The position numbers were made by a program, and so were the translations under genes. Source: a virus. Taken from it: a stretch of DNA of 64,000 bases. Under the pieces are notes generated by a model, which was not told the origin of the DNA, searched no databases, and saw nothing but the letters and a program-made list of their open reading frames with translations. Positions 36,685 to 46,291 of this stretch are shown piece by piece (the first letter of the stretch is position 1; each line of letters begins with the position of its first letter). Location of the stretch: the IMG/VR virus record IMGVR_UViG_3300044733_004754, one strand, 5' to 3'.

Positions 36685-39600
36685 ATGCCACTTCGTCCGT
36701 TATACTATAATACATCGTTATCCGGATTACAGGAGATGTCCAATACGGACATCGATGGATATATTTCAAATGTAATAGGTTCTGATTTTGCTTCGACAGA
36801 AGATATTGGATCTCTCATCGTGCAGGATCCAGGTGATCCGGTTCCTGCAAATTCTACCTCCATTGGTACATGGGTTGATACACGCTACGATCAACAAATA
36901 GGTGACCATCCTGTTTCAGAAGCGAATCTTGTTTATTCAAACACAACCATTTATCAAAGATTGGGTGGTGGACCATTAACGGACCCTTCAATGGTACGAC
37001 CTATTTGCTGGAATGATACGCTTGATGGCGTACAGCAAATGGCGAATACGGATATTGACACAACCATTATTGCGAAGGCCGTTTCTTATATTGTCAATGG
37101 TGGTGTCGGTTCATATGTCCTGCAGCCGTCTGCACCAGTAACTGGTACGTGGGTTGTGAGAGGGCGATTGCAGAATACTGAACGTCCATACTTTGCCAAT
37201 GAAACATTTCTCTGGCAAAAAACGTCTGAAAGTCCAAGCGGCTCTATAAAGCCTTTGAAATGGAGTACTAATGCTTTACGTGAGATGTCAAATAACGACA
37301 TCAAAACCTTGACACATAGAGCAAGAAATTACATCGCCAATACAGGTATAGGCACCTATCAATTATCCACAACCACCCCGTCATCAGGCGGAACGTGGGT
37401 TGAGGCGGGTACGGGATTCAATGATACCCGTCAAGAAATAAGACCTCAAACTTATAATGCTCAAGTGTATACAGCAACTTTTTCTGGTGTATATACACGG
37501 GCTTTTGTTGGCAAGTATCAAGGTAGTTTTACTGGTTTGTATGGGATACCATACACACGTGAATTCACAGGTACATTCGCAGATACGTTTACCGGGGCTT
37601 TCAATCAGCAATTCACCGGAGCTTTTTCTAGCGGATATGCAACAACGTACACGGGTACGTTTAATCAGCAGTTCACTGGACAATTCACTGGCGCTTATAC
37701 TGGTGGTTATACAGGAACATTTACCGGTGCTTACACGGGCGGATATACAGGTGCATTCACTGGTGTATATTCGGCGCCTTATGTGGGTAGCTTCACTGGT
37801 GTATATGTAGGGACGTTTAATCAGCAGTTTACTGGCGCGTTCAGTGGTGTTTATCTAGGGACATATCAACAAAATTTCACTGGTGATTATGTTGGTGGCT
37901 TTACAGGTGCATTCAGCGGTGCTTATGCTCAAGCATTTACGGGTGCATATAGTTCAATCTTTACAGCAGCATATAGCGGTTCGTTTACAGGCCAGTTTTC
38001 GGGTTTATACACAGGCGCTTTCACGGGTGTATATGTAGGAAGTTACGTGGGGAAATTCACAGGCGCATATACGGCTATCTATAGTAGATTGTTTACAGGG
38101 GACTACACAGGTATTTATACTGGTGCATATAGTCAGAACTTCACCGGTGCCTTTACTGGTCAATTCAATCAAGTGTTTACAGGTACGTTCGCTGGTGGTT
38201 ATGCAGGAACGTTTAACCAAGTATTTACGGGCACATTTGCAGGTACTTACAGTAGCCTGTTCTCTGCAATATACACAGGCAACTACACTGGTATATACAG
38301 CCAAGCGTTTACAGGTGCATTCACGGGTATTTTTAATCAGGCTTTCACAGGTAACTTTGTTGGTAATTATGTTGGTAACTATCAGCAAACATTTACGGGA
38401 GCTTTTGCAGGAACATACAGCAGTTTATTCACGGGAAGCTACACAGGTAACTACACAGGATTATATAACCAAGTATTTACAGGAACGTTTGCTGGAACAT
38501 ATAGCCAAGTATTTTCGGGTAGCTATACCGGTAATTACACGGGATTATATAACCAAGTTTTTACAGGTACTTTTGCGGGAACATATAGTAGATTATTCAC
38601 AGGAAGCTATACAGGCAATTACACAGGCATATACAATCAAATATTCACAGGTACCTTCGCAGGCACTTACAGTAGATTATTCACGGGAAGCTATACAGGT
38701 AATTACACTGGCATATACAATCAAGTATTTACAGGTGCGTTTGTAGGAAATTATGCCGGGTCGTTTACTGGTTCGTTTGCTGGTGGATACACAGGTGCTT
38801 TTTCCGGTTCATACACAGGCGCTTACACAGGAATTTATGCAGGTTCATATGTAGGAAATTACCAGGGAAACTTTACTGGTTCATTTGCAGGAACATATAG
38901 TAGATTATTTATAGGTTCGTATTCGGGTGGGTACACACGTGCATTCACAGGAGCTTACACAGGAATTTATTCGGGCGGGTACGTAGGCTCCTTCACGGGT
39001 TTGTACTCCGGTGGGTATGTAGGTTCTTTCACAGGTATTTACTCAGGCGGATACACGAGAGCTTTCTCGGGATCATACACTGGATCATATACTGGAACAT
39101 ACGCCGGAACGTACACAGGTTTGTATTCAGGTGGGTATGTCGGATCGTTTACGGGCATATACTCAGGCGGATACACGAGGGCTTTCTCGGGATCATACAC
39201 TGGATCATATACTGGAACATACGCCGGAACGTATACAGGCATATATGCTGGTGGATATGTGGGGTATTTTACGGGCATATACTCAGGCGGATACACGAGA
39301 GCTTTCTCGGGATCATACACTGGATCATATACTGGAACATACGTAGGAACGTATACAGGCATATATGCTGGTGGGTATGTGGGGTATTTTACTGGAATAT
39401 ACTCTGGTGGGTATACAAGAGCTTTCTCAGGATCATATACTGGATCATATACTGGAACATACGCCGGAACGTATACGGGTTTGTATTCAGGTGGTTATGT
39501 CGGATACTTTACAGGCATATATTCAGGTGGTTATGTTGGATACTTTACAGGAATATATGGTGGCACGTACAGTAGGTTATTCACAGGTGCCTACGCGGGT

Positions 39601-42600
39601 GGATATATTGGGTACTTCACAGGAATATATGGCGGTACGTATAGTAGATTATTCACAGGCGCCTACGCGGGTGGGTATGTTGGTTACTTTACAGGAATAT
39701 ATGGTGGTACATATAGTAGATTATTTACAGGTACATACTCTGGAAGTTATCAAGGCAATTTCACGGGGCTCTATTCAGGTACATATAGTAGATTATTTAC
39801 TGGCAGCTATACAGGATTATATTCCGGAAACTTTCAGGGTAACTTTACAGGTGCTTTTGCTGGTACGTATAGTCGATTGTTTACGGGTTTATATACAGGA
39901 TCATACTCTCGTGGGTTCACGCGGGTCTTCATCGGGACTTATCAAAGAGGGTTCATAGGGTCATATGCAGGTAGCTTCAATAATACATTCACACCAACAT
40001 TTGCTGGAGCTTACGCTCGGGCCTTTATTGGAGTTTATGCAGGATCGTACCAAAACCCATTCACTGGAATATATTTCACTGGTTATTACACTGGTTTTTA
40101 CATTAATTTTTTTACAGGAACTTATCAGGGAGCGTTCACGCGTTTGTTCACAGGGGCATATACAGGCGTTTATCAAGATCCTTACGTCATTTTAACTTTT
40201 ACGGGGCCATTTGCTGGTCCAGGTTTTTTCGCGGGTACCTATGGGGGTTCTTATGTAGGTGTGTTTGGCGCCTCATATAGTAGGCTATTTACAGGCTTTT
40301 ATTCAGGATCATATACTGGTGATTTTACGGGAGCGTTTGCTCGGGTGTTCACAGCAACATGGACAGGGTCCTATGCAGGATCTTATCAAGGCAACTTTAC
40401 AGGAAGTTTTGCGGGTACGTATAGTAGATTGTTTACTGGGCAGTATTCTGGCGCTTATGCAGGATCCTATCAGGGTAACTTCACAGGTACTTTTGCTGGT
40501 ACGTATAGTAGATTATTTACGGGTACGTACTCGGGCAACTACCAAGGCAACTTCTCCGGGATATATGCAGGATCATATGCACAGACGTTTACTGGAATAT
40601 ACTCCGGCAATTACCAAGGCAACTTTTCCGGAACATATGCGGGTGCATATGCACAGACTTTCACAGGAATATATTCCGGCAATTATCAAGGCAACTTCTC
40701 AGGAACATATGCAGGAGCATATGCACAAACATTTACAGGTGCATATGCAGGGGCATATGCTCAAACATTTACAGGTACTTACGCAGGCGGATATACAGGC
40801 TATTATTCTGGCGCCTATGCTGGTACATATTCGGGTGCATTCAATCAAACATTTACAGGTGCATATGCAGGGGCATATGCTCAAACATTTACAGGTACTT
40901 ACGCAGGCGGATATACAGGCTATTATTCTGGGGCATATGCTGGAACGTATTCGGGCTCATTTAACCAGACATTTACGGGTGCATTTGCAGGGGCATATGC
41001 TCAAACATTTACAGGTACTTACGCAGGCGGATATACAGGCTATTATTCTGGCGCTTATGCTGGTACATACTCAGGAGCATTTAACCAGACATTTACAGGT
41101 GCATTCGCCGGTGTATATCAACAAACCTTTACGGGTACGTATTCAGGTGGATATATTGGATACTATTCTGGCGCTTATGCTGGTACATACTCAGGAGCAT
41201 TTAACCAGACATTTACAGGTGCATTCGCTGGTGTATATCAACAAACATTTACCGGTTCTTACTCGGGTACATATCAGCAAACGTTTACAGGTGGGTATGC
41301 AGGGACATATTCAGGGTCTTATAATCAGACATTTACAGGCGCTTTTTTAGGTAGTTATGAAAGTTCTTTCACTGGATTTTATTCAGGTGCCTATAGTAGA
41401 TTATTCACTGGTAGCTACACAGGTGCGTATACTGGAATATATGTGGGTTCCTATGTTGGTACATTTAATCAAACATTTACGGGTAGTTTTGCAGGCACAT
41501 ATTCAAGAGTATTTTCGGGATTATATTCCGGTGGCTACACGGGTGCATTTACTGGAATATATGCCGGTGCTTATGTTGGCAACTTCCAAGGCAATTTCAC
41601 AGGTAACTACTCTGGTGGCTACACAGGTGCATTTACTGGAATATATGCTGGTGCTTATGTTGGCAACTTCCAAGGCAACTTCACAGGAAATTATTCAGGT
41701 GGATATACAGGAACATTTTCGGGAATATATGCTGGTAGTTATGTAGGAGGGTATCAGGGCAACTTCACAGGAAATTATTCAGGCGGATATACCGGCACAT
41801 TTACTGGTGTATATGCAGGCGCTTATGTTGGAAGCTATCAAGGGAATTTCACTGGAAGTTTTATTGGTGGCTACACACGTGTGTTCTCGGGCACATATTC
41901 CGGTGTATATACGGGTGTTTACACAGGTCAATTTACAGGGATATACTCAACGTTATTTACAGGTGCATTCAGTGGGATATACGCAGGCGGATATGGTGGG
42001 AGTTTTCTAGGAAACTTCTCAGGGCTGTATTCGGGCGGATACACAGGAGCGTTTACAGGTATTTACACAGGTATCTACACAGGTGGGTATACTGGCACCT
42101 TTACTGGAGCATACTCAACACAGTTTACAGGTACATTTACAGGTGGATATGCAGGCACGTATGCCGGTGCCTACCAAGGCAACTTCACAGGCGTGTTCCA
42201 AGGTACGTACCAACAATCATTTACAGGTAATTACACCGGCATATACAGCCAAGCATTTAGTGGTACATATAACCAAGCATTCACAAGAAACTTTACTTTT
42301 GATTATACCGGTACGTTTTCGGGACCATATGTAGGATTTTTCACTGGAAGTTATTCACAAGTCTTCAGTAGATTTTTTACAGGATCATATACGGGTCAGT
42401 TCACAGGCGCTTATTCGGGCATATACAGTCAAGCCTTTACAGGTGCGTTCTCTGGCAATTATACAGGTATCTACAGTCAAGCATTCACAGGTGCTTACAC
42501 GGGTATATTCAATCAAACATTCACTGGCGATTTCGTAGGAAAATTTAATCAAACCTTCAGCGGTATTTTCATTGGTTCCTATAATCAACAATTCACTGGT

Positions 42601-43113
42601 GCTTTTAGTGGTGGGTATACGGCGGTGTATACTGGCGCTTACAGTCAAGCCTTTACTGGTACATTCAGCGGCATTTATACTGGTCAGTTTTCTGGTGCGT
42701 ACACGGGAGCATTTGGTTCATTGTTTACAGGAGTATACAGCCGTATATTCACTGGATCTTATTCGAGCGCATTCACAGGCCAGTTTAACCAATCGCCTGT
42801 TTACACGAGCGTGTATTCAAGACCATATGCTGGCGTGTATGGTCAGACGTTTAGTAGTACGACATATCCAGGTGCGTTTTATGCACAAGCGTTTACAGGA
42901 GAGTACACAGGATCGTATACAGGAACCTCTATCTTTGGGTTCACAAGTAGTTTTTCTAAAGCATTTACTAGTTTGTTAGGTTCTTTTTCATCGTTATTTA
43001 CAGGACTATATACTAACATAACAGGGCAATATCTAGCAGCTTGGTCGGGGTTGACAATAATGTCAACGCCGGAAACAATTCAAACACTTAAACTTTGGGT
43101 ACGAACAGCATGA
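36685..43113 (+). CDS. YTG-repeat filament/fibre protein B (2142 aa), paralogue of A
   Basis: Same three N-terminal repeats, about 1860 aa of tetrapeptide repeats, C-terminus KLWVRTA. Confidence 0.7.
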   Translation: MPLRPLYYNTSLSGLQEMSNTDIDGYISNVIGSDFASTEDIGSLIVQDPGDPVPANSTSIGTWVDTRYDQQIGDHPVSEANLVYSNTTIYQRLGGGPLTDPSMVRPICWNDTLDGVQQMANTDIDTTIIAKAVSYIVNGGVGSYVLQPSAPVTGTWVVRGRLQNTERPYFANETFLWQKTSESPSGSIKPLKWSTNALREMSNNDIKTLTHRARNYIANTGIGTYQLSTTTPSSGGTWVEAGTGFNDTRQEIRPQTYNAQVYTATFSGVYTRAFVGKYQGSFTGLYGIPYTREFTGTFADTFTGAFNQQFTGAFSSGYATTYTGTFNQQFTGQFTGAYTGGYTGTFTGAYTGGYTGAFTGVYSAPYVGSFTGVYVGTFNQQFTGAFSGVYLGTYQQNFTGDYVGGFTGAFSGAYAQAFTGAYSSIFTAAYSGSFTGQFSGLYTGAFTGVYVGSYVGKFTGAYTAIYSRLFTGDYTGIYTGAYSQNFTGAFTGQFNQVFTGTFAGGYAGTFNQVFTGTFAGTYSSLFSAIYTGNYTGIYSQAFTGAFTGIFNQAFTGNFVGNYVGNYQQTFTGAFAGTYSSLFTGSYTGNYTGLYNQVFTGTFAGTYSQVFSGSYTGNYTGLYNQVFTGTFAGTYSRLFTGSYTGNYTGIYNQIFTGTFAGTYSRLFTGSYTGNYTGIYNQVFTGAFVGNYAGSFTGSFAGGYTGAFSGSYTGAYTGIYAGSYVGNYQGNFTGSFAGTYSRLFIGSYSGGYTRAFTGAYTGIYSGGYVGSFTGLYSGGYVGSFTGIYSGGYTRAFSGSYTGSYTGTYAGTYTGLYSGGYVGSFTGIYSGGYTRAFSGSYTGSYTGTYAGTYTGIYAGGYVGYFTGIYSGGYTRAFSGSYTGSYTGTYVGTYTGIYAGGYVGYFTGIYSGGYTRAFSGSYTGSYTGTYAGTYTGLYSGGYVGYFTGIYSGGYVGYFTGIYGGTYSRLFTGAYAGGYIGYFTGIYGGTYSRLFTGAYAGGYVGYFTGIYGGTYSRLFTGTYSGSYQGNFTGLYSGTYSRLFTGSYTGLYSGNFQGNFTGAFAGTYSRLFTGLYTGSYSRGFTRVFIGTYQRGFIGSYAGSFNNTFTPTFAGAYARAFIGVYAGSYQNPFTGIYFTGYYTGFYINFFTGTYQGAFTRLFTGAYTGVYQDPYVILTFTGPFAGPGFFAGTYGGSYVGVFGASYSRLFTGFYSGSYTGDFTGAFARVFTATWTGSYAGSYQGNFTGSFAGTYSRLFTGQYSGAYAGSYQGNFTGTFAGTYSRLFTGTYSGNYQGNFSGIYAGSYAQTFTGIYSGNYQGNFSGTYAGAYAQTFTGIYSGNYQGNFSGTYAGAYAQTFTGAYAGAYAQTFTGTYAGGYTGYYSGAYAGTYSGAFNQTFTGAYAGAYAQTFTGTYAGGYTGYYSGAYAGTYSGSFNQTFTGAFAGAYAQTFTGTYAGGYTGYYSGAYAGTYSGAFNQTFTGAFAGVYQQTFTGTYSGGYIGYYSGAYAGTYSGAFNQTFTGAFAGVYQQTFTGSYSGTYQQTFTGGYAGTYSGSYNQTFTGAFLGSYESSFTGFYSGAYSRLFTGSYTGAYTGIYVGSYVGTFNQTFTGSFAGTYSRVFSGLYSGGYTGAFTGIYAGAYVGNFQGNFTGNYSGGYTGAFTGIYAGAYVGNFQGNFTGNYSGGYTGTFSGIYAGSYVGGYQGNFTGNYSGGYTGTFTGVYAGAYVGSYQGNFTGSFIGGYTRVFSGTYSGVYTGVYTGQFTGIYSTLFTGAFSGIYAGGYGGSFLGNFSGLYSGGYTGAFTGIYTGIYTGGYTGTFTGAYSTQFTGTFTGGYAGTYAGAYQGNFTGVFQGTYQQSFTGNYTGIYSQAFSGTYNQAFTRNFTFDYTGTFSGPYVGFFTGSYSQVFSRFFTGSYTGQFTGAYSGIYSQAFTGAFSGNYTGIYSQAFTGAYTGIFNQTFTGDFVGKFNQTFSGIFIGSYNQQFTGAFSGGYTAVYTGAYSQAFTGTFSGIYTGQFSGAYTGAFGSLFTGVYSRIFTGSYSSAFTGQFNQSPVYTSVYSRPYAGVYGQTFSSTTYPGAFYAQAFTGEYTGSYTGTSIFGFTSSFSKAFTSLLGSFSSLFTGLYTNITGQYLAAWSGLTIMSTPETIQTLKLWVRTA
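37450..43050 (+). repeat. Coding tetrapeptide tract with 84/120/72-bp then 72/120/84-bp super-repeat blocks
   Basis: 120-bp units start at 39061, 39181, 39301, 39421 and at 40741, 40861, 40981, 41101. 72-bp units start at 39541, 39613, 39685 and at 40531, 40603, 40675. 84-bp units start at 38461, 38545, 38629 and at 41521, 41605, 41689, 41773. Confidence 0.9.
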
Positions 43114-43553
43114 AACGAACTATTGTAAATCCGCATTGGGTAAACAATGCAAGAACAGTTATCTCTGCTGAATTTCATTATGATGACGGTAGGGTAGCGC
43201 AGGCAACGATTTCCGAGTCGGATGTTACTAATCCAGACCTTGTTGAAATTAAATCAAAATTTACGGACGAGCAACTTGAAGCTAACACGCGTAAAAAAAT
43301 TCAAGAGATCAATGCCGAGCGTGAGCGTAAGCATCAGGAAGAATTGGCTAAGGCTCAACGAAAACAACAAGAAGAATTGTTTGCAGCTAAGCTAAGAATT
43401 TTTGAGATCGACGCCATTAAAGAATCAGATAATCGAGTGCTCAAAGCAAAGATAAGAAAGTCAAAGAGTGATGTTGAGGCTATGGCGTGGGCCTCGGCTT
43501 TGTTGCTTGATATAGCCCAAAAGGAAATAGCAACAAATTCAACGGCGGAGTAA
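43110..43553 (+). CDS. Hypothetical protein, possible fibre assembly chaperone
   Basis: ATGA overlap with filament gene B; NP.W.N..RT.I N-terminus resembling tail-fibre assembly proteins; coiled-coil C-terminal half. Confidence 0.45.
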   Translation: MKRTIVNPHWVNNARTVISAEFHYDDGRVAQATISESDVTNPDLVEIKSKFTDEQLEANTRKKIQEINAERERKHQEELAKAQRKQQEELFAAKLRIFEIDAIKESDNRVLKAKIRKSKSDVEAMAWASALLLDIAQKEIATNSTAE

Positions 43554-43555
43554 AA

Positions 43556-44290
43556 ATGAATATTCGTAATGGTTTTTTAATTGTTGCATCACAACTCAAA
43601 GAGTATCTAGATTCGGCAAATTATCTGGCGAGTAGTATAAAAGACTACTATCCCGAAGCACACATCACTCTTTTTGTAACTCCAAAGCTAGAGCAATATG
43701 CTGACCGCAGTGCCTTTGATCTAGTTATATCTGAGGATGTTCCGAACCATGTGCGTACAAAGTTGTACGCTCTCTCCAGAACACCATACACTGAGCTTAC
43801 TGTTTATGTTGATGCAGATATGGAGTGCATGCACTCTGATGTCTCGAATATTTGGGATGAAATGCCTGAGGATTGTGACCTCCTGATTACAAAAATACGT
43901 CCCTATAACGGTAAAGAGGATCGTTGGCCGGGAGGTGCGACGATACCTCAAGGCCGTATGATATATCATGGTGGTTTTTTTATGTACAGATCAAACCCAC
44001 AAACACTTGAGTTTATGCGTAGGTGGTGGGAGGATTATAAATTACAAAGAAGTGAACCATGGCCTTATCCTGAAGAAGAGTGTAGGAAGTCCTTTGCTCA
44101 ATGGGATCAATTTACTTTTTGGAAACTTTTAGCTGTTGACAAGCTAGATGTTAAGGTAGGTGTTTTTGATGATGATGCAAGATGGAATTTTGTAAATGGT
44201 TATTATCCAAAAGAAGCCAAAAAAGAGATCGTTTTTTGGCACCACACTATTCCTTCTAAGCACGAAAATATAGGGATCAAAGCTAAATGA
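43556..44290 (+). CDS. Putative GT-A fold glycosyltransferase
   Basis: A..SIK...P...ITLF, K..AL..TPY...VYVDAD (DxD), Y.GGFFMY and WDQF motifs. Confidence 0.65.
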   Translation: MNIRNGFLIVASQLKEYLDSANYLASSIKDYYPEAHITLFVTPKLEQYADRSAFDLVISEDVPNHVRTKLYALSRTPYTELTVYVDADMECMHSDVSNIWDEMPEDCDLLITKIRPYNGKEDRWPGGATIPQGRMIYHGGFFMYRSNPQTLEFMRRWWEDYKLQRSEPWPYPEEECRKSFAQWDQFTFWKLLAVDKLDVKVGVFDDDARWNFVNGYYPKEAKKEIVFWHHTIPSKHENIGIKAK

Positions 44291-44919
44291 AAGAAATTCA
44301 AATAAACAATAAAGAACTTAAACAAATTTTAAATGATTGGTTAGAGGTTCTTTTGAGAGCAGATCGTTCGAAATATCCCTATCAAGCAGGCGTGGGTAAA
44401 ACTGGATTAGTGACTCCAGAGTATGCATGTAGTATGGAATACTTGCAACACATGCAAAGTAAAAAAGTAGACGGATTCCCAGAAACAACACATGGTGTTG
44501 ATCTAATGAGGTTTCGACCACCACACCAATCCCTTGCCGACGCTTTGGTAAAGCTAGACTACGATCTACTCAATTGGTCTGGATCGCGCAACAATGCGGT
44601 TAAGATGCTCTATCCTAAAGGCGGGTATATGGGCTGGCATCATAATGCAAACGCGCCCGGTTATAACATTCTTTTATCATGGTCTGAAAAAGGTACAGGT
44701 TTCTTTCGTTACCAAGATCCAATAACAAAAGAGATTGTCACGATGCAGGACACGCCTGGGTGGACGTGTAAAGTTGGATATTATGGACCATGGCATGAGC
44801 CGGATCGAATCTACTGGCACTGCGCAAGCGCACATGAAGAAGAGCGGGTAACGCTAGGGTATATCATTCCTCATGAAGGGATGTGGAATAATATGTGCGA
44901 TGATATTCAGTCAGCGTAA
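44287..44919 (+). CDS. Putative cupin / 2OG-Fe(II) oxygenase-like protein
   Basis: YP.GGYMGWHHN...YWHC....R.TLGY jelly-roll pattern; Asn at the usual HxD acidic position. Confidence 0.5.
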   Translation: MKEIQINNKELKQILNDWLEVLLRADRSKYPYQAGVGKTGLVTPEYACSMEYLQHMQSKKVDGFPETTHGVDLMRFRPPHQSLADALVKLDYDLLNWSGSRNNAVKMLYPKGGYMGWHHNANAPGYNILLSWSEKGTGFFRYQDPITKEIVTMQDTPGWTCKVGYYGPWHEPDRIYWHCASAHEEERVTLGYIIPHEGMWNNMCDDIQSA

Positions 44920-45647
44920 TATTTTCTAAAGAAGTGTTCGTAGTGTTTGGGTAGGGTTGGACCGTTAAAAAGTATCACAGGTATTTTTTTAACGGTCTCA
45001 ACAAACTTACTTTCTCTATATGCTTTTTGGACTGGGTCGTACAACGCATTCTCTTCAATGTCTACGCCGTAAAGAAAAGAATAAAATTTTCTTGTTGGAA
45101 AATATCCAATATTCACGTTGATATTTTCTTTCTCATAAAACAAAAAAGAGTCCATACCCCATCTATATTTGTTCATAAATGATTCAGGATCTCTAGATAC
45201 AAACTCCCAAATTTTTTGTGGTTTGTTTTCTTGCCACGTCATGCAACTACTGTTAAACGGATGGTGAAATATTGGGAAACCATAGTCCCATTTTGGTCTC
45301 CACTCTGCTTCAATTAGTGTTAGCTCATTATGATTAAAAGCAGTGATGTCGTTAATGTCGTGTTTAATGACAACATCGAGATCAAAAAAAATACGATCAC
45401 CAGTTGGTAGTTGATCGTTTACTTGCTCACTGAACAGAAACATCTTATTGTAGACGACGATATCAAACTCGTTTTCAACATATTCAATGATATTGATACC
45501 ATGTGAAATCCCTTCGGGATTGTCCGTGTAGCAGAACATCTTGAATGGTCTTGCTATGTTCTTGCGGCACATCCTAAATAAGTTATTGACCATAGAGCTA
45601 GGGTATTTCGTACCAACTTTAACACATAAAATAGTGAGCATTTCCAT
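44907..45647 (-). CDS. Putative GT-A fold glycosyltransferase
   Basis: ILCVK.GTKY....V..L..M...N....F.C.TD, NK..LF, FFDLDVVI (DxD), FNSS.M.W and F.G motifs. Confidence 0.7.
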   Translation of the reverse strand: MEMLTILCVKVGTKYPSSMVNNLFRMCRKNIARPFKMFCYTDNPEGISHGINIIEYVENEFDIVVYNKMFLFSEQVNDQLPTGDRIFFDLDVVIKHDINDITAFNHNELTLIEAEWRPKWDYGFPIFHHPFNSSCMTWQENKPQKIWEFVSRDPESFMNKYRWGMDSFLFYEKENINVNIGYFPTRKFYSFLYGVDIEENALYDPVQKAYRESKFVETVKKIPVILFNGPTLPKHYEHFFRKYYAD

Positions 45648-46248
45648 GGATATTCAATATCTAACAAAAATTTCAGATGTTTTAAGGAAGGGTGTGTCTA
45701 CAGGGTTAAATGTGTTTGATTTCGCTAATTCATTCAGTCAAACACAACTCGAATCAAAAAAATGGTTGGTTGAAGAATTAAGTAAAGTTTCATTCAAGAA
45801 ACAACCCACCATACTTATATTGGGTGGATGGTACGGAAGCTATCTTGTTCCACTGCTACGGCAGCATGTAAAACCTGATCACATATATTTCAATGATATC
45901 GACAGATCGTGTTTAGACGTTGCAAAAGAGTTACATACCAGATACAAAGAAGATAGAAGTATAAGTTTCCACCATTTTGATGCTACAGCAATGTTTCATC
46001 ATTTTGATGCTGATATCGTTATAAACACTTCATGTGAGCACATGGAGCAGTACGAGGAGATGTTGAAGGAGGGCCAAGATACGTTATTCGTACTGCAGTC
46101 GTGTGATGAGGAAAGTGACCCGGGTCACGTAAACGTTTCCAAATCAACACAAGATTTTTTACACAAAGTTGGGTTAACGCGCGTATACATGCAGTCGAGA
46201 AAGAACCTTGGACACAAAAACAGGTTTTTGATCATAGGTAAACAATAG
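45646..46248 (+). CDS. Putative class I SAM-dependent methyltransferase
   Basis: SK.WL, ILILGGWYG (motif I), DID, DIVINTSCEHM, LQS, H.N and RF..IG motifs. ATG 45646 preferred over the ORF-track start. Confidence 0.7.
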   Translation: MDIQYLTKISDVLRKGVSTGLNVFDFANSFSQTQLESKKWLVEELSKVSFKKQPTILILGGWYGSYLVPLLRQHVKPDHIYFNDIDRSCLDVAKELHTRYKEDRSISFHHFDATAMFHHFDADIVINTSCEHMEQYEEMLKEGQDTLFVLQSCDEESDPGHVNVSKSTQDFLHKVGLTRVYMQSRKNLGHKNRFLIIGKQ

Positions 46249-46260
46249 CATAAGTGTTTT

Positions 46261-46268
46261 TATAAATA
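46261..46268 (+). promoter_or_regulatory. Late promoter TATAAATA
   Basis: Exact consensus in the intergenic gap before 46292. Confidence 0.8.
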
Positions 46269-46291
46269 CACAAAAACAGAGAATTCTACTC

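Noticed and set aside
39061-41220. 120-bp direct repeats as a possible CRISPR array or non-coding repeat
   Set aside because: There is no repeat-spacer alternation; periods are multiples of 3, in frame, with mainly synonymous variation.
38123-42979. Alternative-frame + strand ORFs (e.g. 40259-41350, HLQV repeats)
   Set aside because: They arise from low-complexity repeat DNA in filament gene B and give no evidence of separate genes.
33130-43113. Ice-nucleation protein identity for the Y/T/G repeats
   Set aside because: They lack the AGYGSTxT 8/16/48 periodicity; the period here is 4 with mirror-ordered blocks. Ice binding is not excluded, but nothing in the sequence supports it.
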